From assembly GCA_965649825.1 (NCBI GenBank), contig OZ287695.1, positions 973,081-1,037,080 of the forward strand: DNA of 64,000 nucleotides. Reading direction: 5' to 3'. Below are positions 23,693-35,502 of this stretch, in pieces; position 1 is the first letter of the stretch, and each line of letters begins with the position of its first letter. The stretch is from Penicillus capitatus (lineage: Eukaryota > Plantae > Chlorophyta). The notes beneath the pieces were generated by a model. The model saw only the letters and a program-made list of their open reading frames with translations. It was not told the DNA's origin and searched no databases. The position numbers were made by a program, and so were the translations under genes.

Positions 23693-25414
23693 ACTATGAA
23701 ATGTGTTCTGCAGCAGTGGCGGGCGCTTAAGTAATGGGGTAATTGAGCCATTAACGTGCTGCTTCCCTGTAGCGGCCCAGTGACTACTAGACGTTGCGAA
23801 GAGCTGGAACCGTTGGTGCTTCTACAGTTATGATCTGGGCTTCCTATGTATTCAGCTGGCGTGCATTGCAGGATCAACGGCTGCTCGCAATGTCTACATA
23901 CCCATGCTTCTCTACGTTGCCACTAGATCAGATCAAGTTTTGCATCGATATGCTTTAATGGATGATGGATATGAATTCAGCGTCTGTCGAGATACATAGA
24001 CACACTGCTACTCGATGCACCCAGGAATTCTTAAACTCTTCAATGACAGCATATGCTCTTGGTGAAATGTGTTGCAGTTCTAGACCGGATGAGATTGGAC
24101 GTTGAACATGTACCTGCCAACGACGCCAGCAAGACATTCTGTGAATTTAGAGATCCTATTGACAATAGTAGGTGTGCATCTGTCGTATACATCTCGCCAT
24201 CGGCAGTGCATGTCTTCCTCCTTCTCCTTCATCTTTTCGGGCGCTGAACAGAGCCTTCTGGCAGGAGAAACTGCACTGGATCCATTCATCAGGATGACAA
24301 GGATCTGGTGGCCTCGAGGCACGAAGAAGGCTCCCATCTGTGATCTCTCTCTTCTCAAGGAAACATGGCAGTTCTAGAAGGAGTTAATTTTAGTAGGACT
24401 GATCCAACAGTCGAAGGGGAGGATAGACAACTGACTATGGGAGTTGGAATCTCATAATCAGATGCGTGGACGCAAAATGCCTTTTGCCAAGATAACGTCT
24501 GATAGGTTCATCATCACTCGTGAGAGAAACGCAGAAATGTCGACACACACTTGCCTTTTTCTGTCAGTCGAGTCAGAGTTCCAGACTTCAGTCTTGGCAT
24601 CTCAGACACAGTAGAACAGCTGGTGACTGTTTGGCTGGCCACAGATATCAGCAGTTCATATTCGCGGTGATGATGGTTCGAAGAAAGCATATCGACCAGG
24701 GATGTGAGGCCCCTCAAGAACAGTCGACTCTTTGTTGATGACACCGTTTACGTAACGAATGCACTTAATGTAATGTACTGTCGAAATACATTCTTTTGCA
24801 AAGACGTCTAGAATTGAATACAGCTTAGAATGAAATGATGACCAAGTCTGACCGAATGAAAGTTCGGACTTCACAATAAAAGAAACAGCGAAGGCATTTG
24901 AACTCTGGATACATGCCACTCACTCATTCTTACAGCATAGGTGAATAATGTAGCCTCGGCATGCAATGTTACTGATCGACAGAAAGATTCATAATGTCGC
25001 TATTGTCATCAATTAACGGATGATGTTAAAATGCCACGGACGATTTAGTCTCGGCCCCGAGGTTTTCTCAGAACTTCTCAGAAGTATCAGGCTTAACAGG
25101 TCTTACGAAAAAATTACATGCAAAGAAAGTAAGATAGAAGGAAGAAGAACATGCCCGAACACAATGCCGATGCCGAACATGCACAGCATTCTTCAATAGT
25201 CAACACTCGCTAGCAAACACAATCAACAGTCCTAATGATTTCTCTCTTTTTGTACACAAGAAAACAATCGTTGAGGTTCACCTCCACCTGTTCTAAACGT
25301 TTAACAGGTACTCGTCAGAGAATGGAAGTATTGTGCATAAAATCAGCAAAGATGTTAGACAGGCGTCCTAGTGGAATGTTTAGTAAATGCGAATCTTTTT
25401 GGACACCTACCTTC

Positions 25415-28179
25415 TCACGGACGAACGAGTTTCTCAAGGGAGATTCGTGTCGATTTCTTGCAGATCTGCCACCCAGAGCAGATGGCGTCGAAAGGCGTTC
25501 TTCCATACGCCTCAGTCACCGTCTTCGATGCTCCGGCATTCACCAGAATCTGTAACGCATCGTCAGACTTTGTGATGGCACCTCTGACTCACCTTTGCCG
25601 TTTTTAGCTTTCCGGTTTCTGTGGCTTTATGAAGTGGAGTTTCTCCATGTAGATCGGCCGCATTGACGTCGGCCCCTGCTTCAAGCAACAGCTTCAACCA
25701 ACAACAACGTAGACAGGAAGAAAAGCAAATTAACATTCACCTTAACAACTTTGGGTTTACTACAGGCGAAAGCGGCTCTATGAAGTGGAGTTTCTCCATT
25801 GTCATCCACCGCATTGACGTCGGCCCCTGCTTCAAGCAGCAGCTACAATCGACAACATGAACAAAGAAAGGAAGCACATCGGCTTGTACCTTCACAATGT
25901 GGGGGTTTTCACTGAAGCCGACTGCAATATGAAGTGGCGTCGTTCCGTCTTCGTCGACGACATCGATCTTCGCTCCGCGCTTGAGGAGCATCTGAGAATT
26001 GACAGCTTCCGCCGACAAGGCAACAAAGTAAACGCGCAACTGACCTCGACCACCTCGGCGTCATCGTAATATGCCGCTTCATGCAAAACAGTAGATCCAA
26101 GGTTGGTGGCGTGGTTGATGTCCGCTCCGTTCTCAAAGAGAAGCTGACAGTCAACAAATTCTGCCAATGGGGTAACGAAGCTAATGCCTAACTGACCTCG
26201 AGGAACTCGACGTCTCCGGCATATGCTGCAAAAAACAGAGGAGTCTCTCCGTTGCTGGCGACCTTAATTACGTCCGCTCCATGGTCAATGAGTACCTAAG
26301 GAACTTGATGAGAACGCAGGAGCACATCAGAACTCGCCTGAGCAGTTTTCAAGTGTCCGTAGAATGCAGCCTTGTGTAAGGGTGTCTCTCCAGAGTTTTC
26401 TTCGGCGGCGTTCACTCTAGCATTATGGTCGAGAAGAATCTGCGAACAAACGTCTGAGCAGACGCCTGAGATTATATTGTTGATTACCTTCACCACCTTC
26501 GTGTGTCCGTTCTCCGCCGCCACATGCAACGGAGTCACTCCGCTGTCGACGCTGAGCTTGTTTACACCAGCTCCATACTCCAGAAGAACCTTCAATCGCG
26601 CACACAGAGATTTAGCAGACAGAACCGAACCGTCCAGACTCTGTAATAAAGAGTGGACTCAAAGGAACGTACTACCTTAGTGCATTCTGGCGCATTGTAA
26701 AACGCCGTCCAGTGCAACAAAGCAAAATGCACCAGGGTCGTGATTCTATACCGAGTTGGAACGACAGACGAGTAAAAAGAATCTGGATCCAGTTCCTCCA
26801 GAATGGCGGCTTCTAACTTCATGACATCGTCATCCGTTATAAAGCCAATCGCTTCCTATAGAATGTCTGTCCGTTCACCACAATCTTTATTGTTAAGGCA
26901 ACCTTAATCAGCATTGTCTGCGAGAGTTCACTCAGCCGTTTGCGCTCTTCTTCAATTTCCTGTTGTTCCAACTTCTAGTCTTTTGGTTTATCATCTACAG
27001 GCTCATCTACCTTCGAGAAACGTACATTAACGGGCGACGGTTCTTCTGATGGTTCTGGCATCTGCACAAAGAGAGCAGAAGAAGAAGAGAATTTAGAGAA
27101 AAACTCACCTCTGGACCTTCACCGGTTCTTTTCAGAATCCAGTCCGAGAATGCACCGATACTTGTGTAGATGGAAGGTGAGGTATCAGTGCAGTTCTCGG
27201 ACCCCATTGACTCTAAGCCGACAAGCAGATCGAATTCTGGATTCCCTGCTTCTATACTACCCCCAGGTCTGTGAGGAATCAACAGCGGACCGCCAGAATC
27301 ACCTTCAGAAGACAAGGCTTGGCAGAGAGCAATGCTAACAGGTAAGAGTATGACCTTTGCATGTGTCGTCGTTCACGAATTCAGCACAGATCGAGTGATT
27401 CTTGACAGCATCGCCCAGATGTTCTTTGCGGTTGTTACGTTTCACATGTATAAGGCTCTCTGCCATCTGTAGGGTATTGGGATTCGTTCCAGTCTTGTCG
27501 AGTCCCCAGCCGAGTGCGACAAACAGTTTGCGTGTGCGGAATTCGCCTACCTGAATGTCCATCGACGGCAGTGTGACATTCGCTTCTCTGTTTAGTTTGA
27601 CGACGGCGATGTCGTATCCATCCCTCACATCGCCGGTCCAAGACTCAGGCCAGTGACTCTTCACTCCGCTGAACGCCTAGTACCCTTCACTTAGAAAAAA
27701 AGTAATTGGCCGTAAGCAGGTGGCTACTGTTTCGGGTTTATCCGCGTCGAGCTTGTGAACGCCACAGCGGATAAGCGGATTTCTGCCAATATTGTCAGGA
27801 TGGGCGGGGTCGACGCAGTGTGCTGCGGTGACCACCCATTGTGGTCGAATGAGGAAACCCCCGCAGCGGTGGATTCCATCGTCTCGTCTTGAAAGACTGC
27901 AAGCGTAAGGGAATCGTCCCTCAGGTGCTTCTTTACCCTACGAAAAACGGAGTTTAAATATGAATCAATGCGCGCTTTACAAACTCACGCTGAAATACAA
28001 AGTGCCACGCGGCTCAGTGGCCGATGCTTCTGATGCGCAAAAACACACCCGCGTCGGAAATGGCACTTCGGGGTGGCAGTACCTTCTTTTCCTTCACACG
28101 CTGCTCCGTGGAAGTGTAGGAGGACCAGCAGAAAGAAATGGTAACCTAGACGGGAACGCGAAACACAGAAGAACTTCAT
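25415..28179 (-). CDS. Secreted serine protease-ankyrin fusion, copy C6 (7 internal ANK exons)
   Basis: ATG 28179, [28 protein letters not shown]. The triad is intact (DDTCK|GDSGG). An in-frame TAG at 26975-26977 in the linker must be removed by a 51-nt GT-AG intron (26960-27010) to reach the ANK exons. Confidence 0.8.
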
Positions 28180-29092
28180 ACTGAATACAAATATGCGTTC
28201 TGCAGCAATGGCAGGCGTTTAAGTAATGCGGGTAATTGAGCTATTAAATCGCTTACTTCTCTGCAGCGTCCCAGTGACTGTTAGACATCGCGCATGGACG
28301 AAACGGTCCGTACGTCTCCTTTATTGATCTGAATTTGCTGAGTATTGAGGTGATATGTGTAGGGCGTTGTGCTTTTCAAGATATCTTTGCACACACGCTT
28401 CTTTCTCTCCTGTGCCGTCATATCTAATCCGGTCAGTCTACACGTTTAATGTTTTGGCGGATAATGAATGTGAAATCAATGTCTGTGAAGATGTCAAGAA
28501 TACACTGCTGATCGATGCATCCAATAATCGATGAACGTGTCAATGGCTGCTTGCATTCTTATCGAGTATAATCCGGCAACATTGTGGTTGCAGTTTGCGT
28601 CGATTGAGGTTGAACCCTGAACCAAGACCTTCAACGACGCCAGTAGTACATTCTGGACATTAAGAGATCCTGTCGACAACAGTAGGTGTGCATCTGTCGT
28701 TTACATCTCGCCTTTGACATTTCATGTCTTTCCCAGGTTTGCTTCATCGGACAGCATTCTACGGAAGTGACAGTCTCAGATTGCAGAAGGATGAATTACA
28801 CAACTAGTGCAGCAAGACAACTTAGGTGGGCATCTAGACCACGGAGGGAGAACAGAGCAGAGGAAGGCGGAATAGACAGCATGGCTCAAGATCGCCACAT
28901 TCGCTTCAAAATGTTGTTTCTATGTGCACTGACTGGGACATAAACTGCGAAGGCTATGCGTAACATCGACTCATTTAAGCCGTTTCCATCGAGCTGTCAC
29001 AATATGCTGTCGTATCGAGGCCAGTTACGTCTACTGTCACTTCGCTTCAGTTCGGCCGATACCTTCCGACACCAGTCCAGTCGCTGTTCGTT

Positions 29093-32000
29093 ATGAAGGA
29101 CGATAAGAAAACGTGGATGGTCACGCAGCCGAAGTCGCGATCTTCTCTGGATCCCGATTCGACGTTGGAAGTCCATTCGTCGTCGTCTTCGGCGGAAGTC
29201 ACTTCGTTGGACGATGCGGAGATCAGACGCATCTTGCGCGTTGGTCGCCTACTCATCAAGAGTGAGAAATTCAAAGAAGCCCTCCAGATGACCGAACAAG
29301 TCCGTCGGAAGCACCCAAGACACGCAGAGCTGCTGGTGCTGGAAGGAGAGTGTATGAAGAACTCGGGGAACCTGACAAAGGTTAGTGAGTGCTACATGAG
29401 GATTCCTGTACGAAAGTCAGTGTGGAGTCGCAGGCCATAGCTTGCTTTGCGAAAGCAGAGGCGTACGATGCCAGAAATGCAGAAACCGTAATGCATCTGG
29501 CTGACGTTCATCACCAGCAAGGGAATCTCCAATCATGCCTCGAACTCGTGCAGAGAGCCTGCGATTTAAAGCCAGAAAACAAAGTTCAGTGCCATGACCA
29601 TTCGTGCGAGAGCTTACGGTGTGAAAAATTTCGCAGGAGTTCAAGAAGACATTGGCAGGAGTACTGACCGATCAAGGAACAGTTCTCAAGAACGAAGGTA
29701 CTCTCGGTCACACATCGTGACGCTGTCCTGCAATCGAGCACCTCAGGGAACGGAGACGAAGCGGCGAGCAGATACCGGGAAGCACTGGAGGCCCATCCTG
29801 GGTTCCCTCCAGCTCTGTACAATCTTGCAGTGTGCTACGCAGAATCCCAGCAGGTGAGCATCGCCTTCACTGAGCTGATGGAGGGTTTGAGCATTGCCAG
29901 GTGGACAAGGCAATGGAGTATTACAGGATGACAGTTGAAGAGGATCCTTCTCACGTCATGGCCTGGGGGAACATGGCAGCCATCCACTTCGATCGCCGCC
30001 AGTTTCGGGAATCACTCCACTGTCATCGCCAGGCACTGGCAGTGCAGCCAGAAATGGACGAGCTGCGACAGAGCTGCGCGCGGCTGCTCGCTGCCATGGG
30101 AGCACAGTCAAAAGCGGAGGGGAACACAGAAGAGGCCCTCCGACTGTACCACGAAGCCCTCTCGCAGCACCCAGCCGTAAGTCACACATCTCACTCCTGC
30201 TCGGGGTGTGCGAGAAAGTGTGAAGTGTGTCGAGGCGATGTACAATCTGGGTGTCGCTCTGGCCGAGAACGGAGAGAAGGAGAAAGCGATCTTCATGTAC
30301 GAGACAGCGATTCGTTACAACAATCGTCTCCCCGAAGTCCACAACAACCTCGGCGTCCTCCACAAGGATATGGGGAGAGATCAGAAGGCAATTCAGTGCT
30401 ACCAGAACGCCCTCGCCATACAGCCCGACTTCGCCATGGTGCCTCTCTTCGAACGGAGGGTCTCGAAGAGACGTGTTGTTGTTCCCAGAGTCTGAGCAAT
30501 CTGGGACTGCTCTATGCCATGCAAGGACAGGCGGCAGCGGCCATCAGCAACATCGAGGCCGCCATTCGGTCCAACCCGCAGTACTTCGAGGCCTACAACA
30601 ACTTGGGCGTCGTTCAGAAGGACATCGGGCTGACGCACGAAGTGTGGATCGTTTCCTCTGTGCTTGTCTTGCACGATCCCTTTTGTCTGGGTCCCTAGTC
30701 GTTGGAGTCCTACAAGAAGTGTCTTACCATCGCCCCGGAAAGCAGAAGTCCGGCGGACAACTTCCTCCTTGGACTGAACTACGTGAGGTGCGGAGCATCC
30801 CGAGAAGTCAGCGATCATCACTTGAAGTGGGGCGTCTCCCTCTCGGAACGCGTCCCTCAGCTCCCACCTCTCGATCCACCGTCTAGAGACTTCAATCCGG
30901 AAAAGGTCCTCAAAGTGAGGCCACATGTTCTGGAGGAATGCCGGAAAGATGTCTTCGCGGAGTAGGTTGGTTACGTATCCGGCGATCTGTGCACGCACTC
31001 CGTATCGTACTTTGCCGAAGCGCCGCTCTCCGAACACGATCCGGGTCAGATCGAGTTGATCGTGTACAACTGTTCGCCCAGAGCAAGCGAGACCGTTTTC
31101 CACATCGAGAGTGACTGGGGCTGTTCCTTAGTCGGATGACAAGACGGCGTTGCTCCAAGGCAAAGTGAAAGGGATCAAAGGGACGTGGAAGGAGGTGACG
31201 CATTTGACCGAGCAGGGACTGGCAGGGCAGATCCGTCAGGACGAAGTGGACATCCTCGTGGAGCTCAGCGGACACACTTTTCACAACAGACTGGGAGCGC
31301 TTGCCATGAAACCGGCTCCCGTTCAAGTGACGCCGGTACTTCTCTCTGAGAAATAACTGCTCCTGGTCGTTCAGGTTACGTGGATCGGCTATCCGAATTC
31401 CACGGGTCTGGCGCAGATCGACTACCGCATCACAGATGTCCACTGTGACCCAGAAGAGACAACACAGGTGCTTGGATCTCACACAATACACCCCCTTCTC
31501 AGCTGCTCTCTGTCGCCAGTGTTTCTCCGAGACGCTCGTCCGGCTGCCCCACTGCTTCCTGTGCTACACGCCGTACGCCGATCCTCCGCCTCCCATGCCA
31601 GCTCCGTGCCTGGAGAACGGATACGTGACGTTTGGATCTTTCAACAATCTCGCCAAGATCACGGACGAAGTGGTCAGAGTGAGTCGTCAGATATCTGTCT
31701 TTCGTTTTCCTCGCACGAGAAGAGTGACGTAGACCTGGTCCGAAATTCTCTTGGCCATTCCCGAAGCCCGTCTCGTTCTCAAGAACAAGAGCTTCGCATG
31801 TGCGTCCACCCGAGCGCAGTTCAGTCAGCGCTTCGAACTGGAGGGCATTGCCTCCTGGCGCATCGATCTGCTGCCCCTCTCCGTGCAAACCAAAGAGCAT
31901 CTGTCCCTGTACTCGCTCATGGACATCAGTCTGGACCCGTGGCCGTATGCTGGCAAGCCGCCATTCCCTGCAGGATCCTCGTCTGCAGCTTCCTCTGCCT

Positions 32001-32321
32001 GTAGGCACCACCACAACCTGCGAGAGCTTGTTCATGGGTGTACCCTGTTTGACGATGGCCGGAAGGTGTCACGCGCAGAACGTCGGAGTGAGTCTGATCC
32101 GTGCGGTGGGTTTGGATGAGAGCTGGATTGCCACTTCGATCGAAGACTACAAGCAACGCGCCGTGGAGAAGGCATCCGACTTCGAGGCCCTGTCCAAGCT
32201 GCACATGCATCTGCGCGTCCAGATGCTCAGCTCTGAGCTCTGCAATGCCAGAGGACACGTGCAGCTCCTGGAATGCGAGTACAGGAAGATGTGGAGGAGA
32301 TGGACAGAGATGAATGCGTGA
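29093..32321 (+). CDS. SPY: SPINDLY-type protein O-fucosyltransferase (GT41; TPRs plus catalytic domain), copy 1
   Basis: TPR motifs include EAMYNLGVALAENG, EVHNNLGVLHKD and EAYNNLGVVQKD. Catalytic-domain motifs: [82 protein letters not shown] and HAQNVGVSL. All exons join in frame across ~50-nt introns, two of them GC-AG. Confidence 0.95.
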
Positions 32322-32873
32322 TGGCGTTCAAATATTCGATCTAGAAATTCCGCTGTTATCAAAATCCGTCTCGAAAGATTCGAACTACTTACCGTCGCTC
32401 CGTCTTCGAGTTAAGCAACAACAGCAACCGTTCTTCTTGCATCCCGAGCCAAGAGTATCTCTACTTTCGCCATGGTTCGTCTGCACCACAGCTGCATCCC
32501 AGTTTCCTCGACACCGCCGCGGACAGCTGTCTTCTTCTAGACGGTGTCAAAGAGAGTGCAGGGCGCCAAGAACGACAAATTCCACGGCCACCGTCGTGGA
32601 CACCCCATCGTTTCGTCCGTCGAGGTGAGAGAGACCCCTCTCTTCGATGAGCAGGTCTCAGTTCTGTGACCGTGTTCGCAGAAGAAGCGTTTTCCGGTTG
32701 GCCCGGTGGTCCTGGGGTTCTTCATTTTCGTGGTGGTTGGGTCAGGTAGGCAGCCACGATGGGACAGCGGTCGATGTGACATTTGTGTGATGTGCTGCAG
32801 CGTTGCTGCAGACACTGAGAACGACGGGAGGTTTCTGACGAGAAGAAGCTCTGTGTTCTGGCAATAATCACGA

Positions 32874-33572
32874 CTAGTCATCTATCTCTGTGTGTCTGGA
32901 TCTGTGCAGTTCATGTGTGAGGTGTTGTCGCAAACAGTCGTTTGTTACAATCTCGACAATCTGTGTGATTATTCGATCTGTGGATGCTTGATACTGACGC
33001 CATTTCACAATCCCCTCTCTGAAGTATGCATCAACTGTCGGCGATGTCTCACAAGAGTAGCCGATTTGACCGGTTAAGCAGGGAGAGATATAGAAGGTAG
33101 AGCAGAGGGTTCGCTTTCCGCGATGATGATGTGACAGTCATCATCGGCATGGGTATAAGTACAGTGCTCGATGTCCAATGAGAACACTTGAGATAATAGA
33201 ATCCGATCTGCAGTTCTTCGGTCATCCATTGCCTGATCACTGACAATTGCTTGTCGTATTCGTCATTTCCGACGGCCTCGAATCTCGCTTGAGCAGACGT
33301 AGAGGAGCCATACGACAAGAAGCAGGAGAATACCGAGTTCTCGTTTTATCTGCTTACAGTGAACTGCAGGTATCCGAAACCCACAACACGGTTGTCAACG
33401 GATAAGGTGATGAGAAGAGTGGCGGGCTGTGTCTCGTCTCCCAGGGAGACTGCCTCGGTTCGTGCTGGAAGGCGAATAGACGCTGACTCCTAGCGCATGC
33501 GCGCCAGCCAGAGGCAGTCACATCGTGATTGTCGCTGAACCAGGCCACGGGAATCACCAACAAGCTCTCCAT
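32874..33572 (-). other. Possible multi-exon gene or pseudogene of unknown function (copy 1)
   Basis: Protein-like frames are conserved with the duplicate (ESASIRLPARTEAVSLGDETQ...GYLQFT; NDEYDKQLSVIRQWMTEE; VKWRQYQ...IVEIVTNDCLRQHLTHEL) and have plausible splice sites. I could not build one complete model. Confidence 0.35.
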
Positions 33573-33810
33573 GCAGCATCAGCTGCTAGATCGCAGGCGG
33601 CAGATACGATCGAATTGCAATCCGTGTTCGTCAGTTAACGAGGCAGTGCCGAATCCGGGACACGTCGCTTCGCGTTTGCTGTCTGCATTAAGAACGCGAT
33701 TTCCAGCTGCATGGTACAAATTCGAGTACAATTCTCGACCTCTGTCATTTCCCTTTGCGCGTTTGTGTCTTCTGTCCCTCCGAAGCTCCTCGAACTCCGT
33801 TTCCGGCACC

Positions 33811-34175
33811 ATGTCCGCTAACGCAGCCCTGTTCGTCTTCGCCGCTCTTCTCTGCCTCCACGTGGCAAGATCCCTTCCTTTACCAGAAACCCTTAATGTC
33901 GACTGTTTGCTGTTCTGGTAGGCGAGTGCCTACCGTCCCACTACAGAATCCGTCGTCGACGAGAACGGACACGTCGTCGGCAAACTGTCCTTGAAAGAAG
34001 GATTCACCGATCACGGTAGGGCTATGTGGCGAAATATTTTGTCTACTGTGGTTGTGCGGTTGCAGTTCCGTGTGAAAAGTACTTAAATAGTCCGTGTCCA
34101 ATCCTGTCGACTACGAAGGAGAGTCTTCAGATTTGCCGAGAGTTTGTGTGTGGAAAAGGCGAGTTGCCGGATTGA
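33811..34175 (+). CDS. Small secreted Cys-rich protein, about 85 aa (3 exons), paralogue 1
   Basis: Spliced sequence: MSANAALFVFAALLCLHVASA-YRPTTESVVDENGHVVGKLSLKEGFTDHVPCEKYLNSPCPILSTTKESLQICREFVCGKGELPD-TGA. The introns are 57 nt (33865-33921) and 50 nt, matching the local intron size. Confidence 0.72.
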
Positions 34176-35502
34176 TTCAGTCAAGTGTCGAATAAGGCTG
34201 GCTGTGTGTAGGGCATTATAGAGAATGGGAGTACTACAAGAAGAATGGAGAGTGCAAGGGATTCATGGCTAAGCCCCCCTATGAACAACCGCCTGGATGT
34301 GTGAGAGCATCATGCCCCTAGTGAACGCGTCTCCTGACAGAAGAAAGCCCAATCGCATTTCTTCCGGTATAAGTTCTGGAGATTTTGCATGACTCTCTGG
34401 ATCGATCCGGTTTCTTTGAATGTTCGATTTAATGAACATCGCAGCCTTTTTTTGAACCCGGTCTCGCGAACACGCGTCCCTTCCAACGAACATGCGAAGC
34501 GAAGGGGAATCGTTGTCCTCGTCGATATCTTTCTTTGATCAACATGCCATGCGTGCTTTGTTTTTCGCGGCAGATGCCTGGCATCCGAACGCGGACCCCA
34601 TCACTGCTGAATGGCAAAGAGCTGTGCTGTCGTTCTGGTGTCTTTTATCAATCCGGAGGTGATGTGATGGACGACGGAATGGAGACACCTAAATCGACGC
34701 CGATGTAAACTGCTATGCGGGAAACCACTGGATGGCCGCAGAAAGCCCGTTAGCGATGAATCCTGCTTTCAAGATACTGCTGGTCTATTTTTGGGGTTGG
34801 GTTGACGCATTTCCTGATCGAATGCTTCTCTTTCGCGTCGAAGCCGTGCGACGAATCGTTGGACGTCGATGTATATGGTTTGTTTCTGTGTCATCATCTT
34901 CGACATGGTCTTGCTGCTCTTCTCCGGCATGAAACGTCACATCAACATCGTTGAATAAACAATGCATGACATGACTTGTCCGTCTTGCTACGACACGTCG
35001 CCGCTCGGCCAAATGCCGAAAGAGCTTGTTGCGCAGAGGATACTAAAACAGCAAATGTACGCGTCGTCGGAAAAGGCAAAGAACTGTTGCGTGTTGGACT
35101 GAACTGTCTTTCACTTTCCGTTTCTCTGAGACGAAAGGTTTATATGTATCCATCGCATCGTGTAAGAAAACCGGTTTGCATTCTTCGGTCGTATTTCTTG
35201 ACTTCTACTGTGGTCTCTATCTACTCCAAGTCGCAGTCAATTGCAGCAATTCACACGATCCTTACAGATTGTTACAAAACACTTCACGCCATTCGTTTTT
35301 ATTGATCCATATACATTTGAGTTCAGGAAAGAGAATGATACGTTTATAGAGAACGACGAAACAAGAACAAAAGCAGCGACAGAAAGAGTTTATAGACAGG
35401 CATCATTTGTGCCACAGTCGCCACTTGTCTCCTGCGCAAACTGTGTTACCTAAACAGACACGAAAGCGGGTTGAGATAGATAAACAGTGTCAGAACAAAA
35501 AG

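Larger units (their letters stand above)
24400..34600. repeat. Copy 1 of a segmental duplication (copy 2 at about 50200-60400); more diverged homology extends left over C5/C7 (about 21150 and 46900)
   Basis: Matched ORFs occur at an offset of about 25780-25830 (24520/50297, 27335/53162, 29093/54914, 33755/59579). Boundaries are approximate. Confidence 0.9.

Noticed and set aside
29956-32258. Long antisense and alternative-frame ORFs over SPY (for example 30399-31103, 30910-31491, 31499-32035) and over the beta-helix gene
   Set aside because: They are shadows of GC3-rich coding sequence. They have no recognisable motifs and are broken differently in the second SPY copy.
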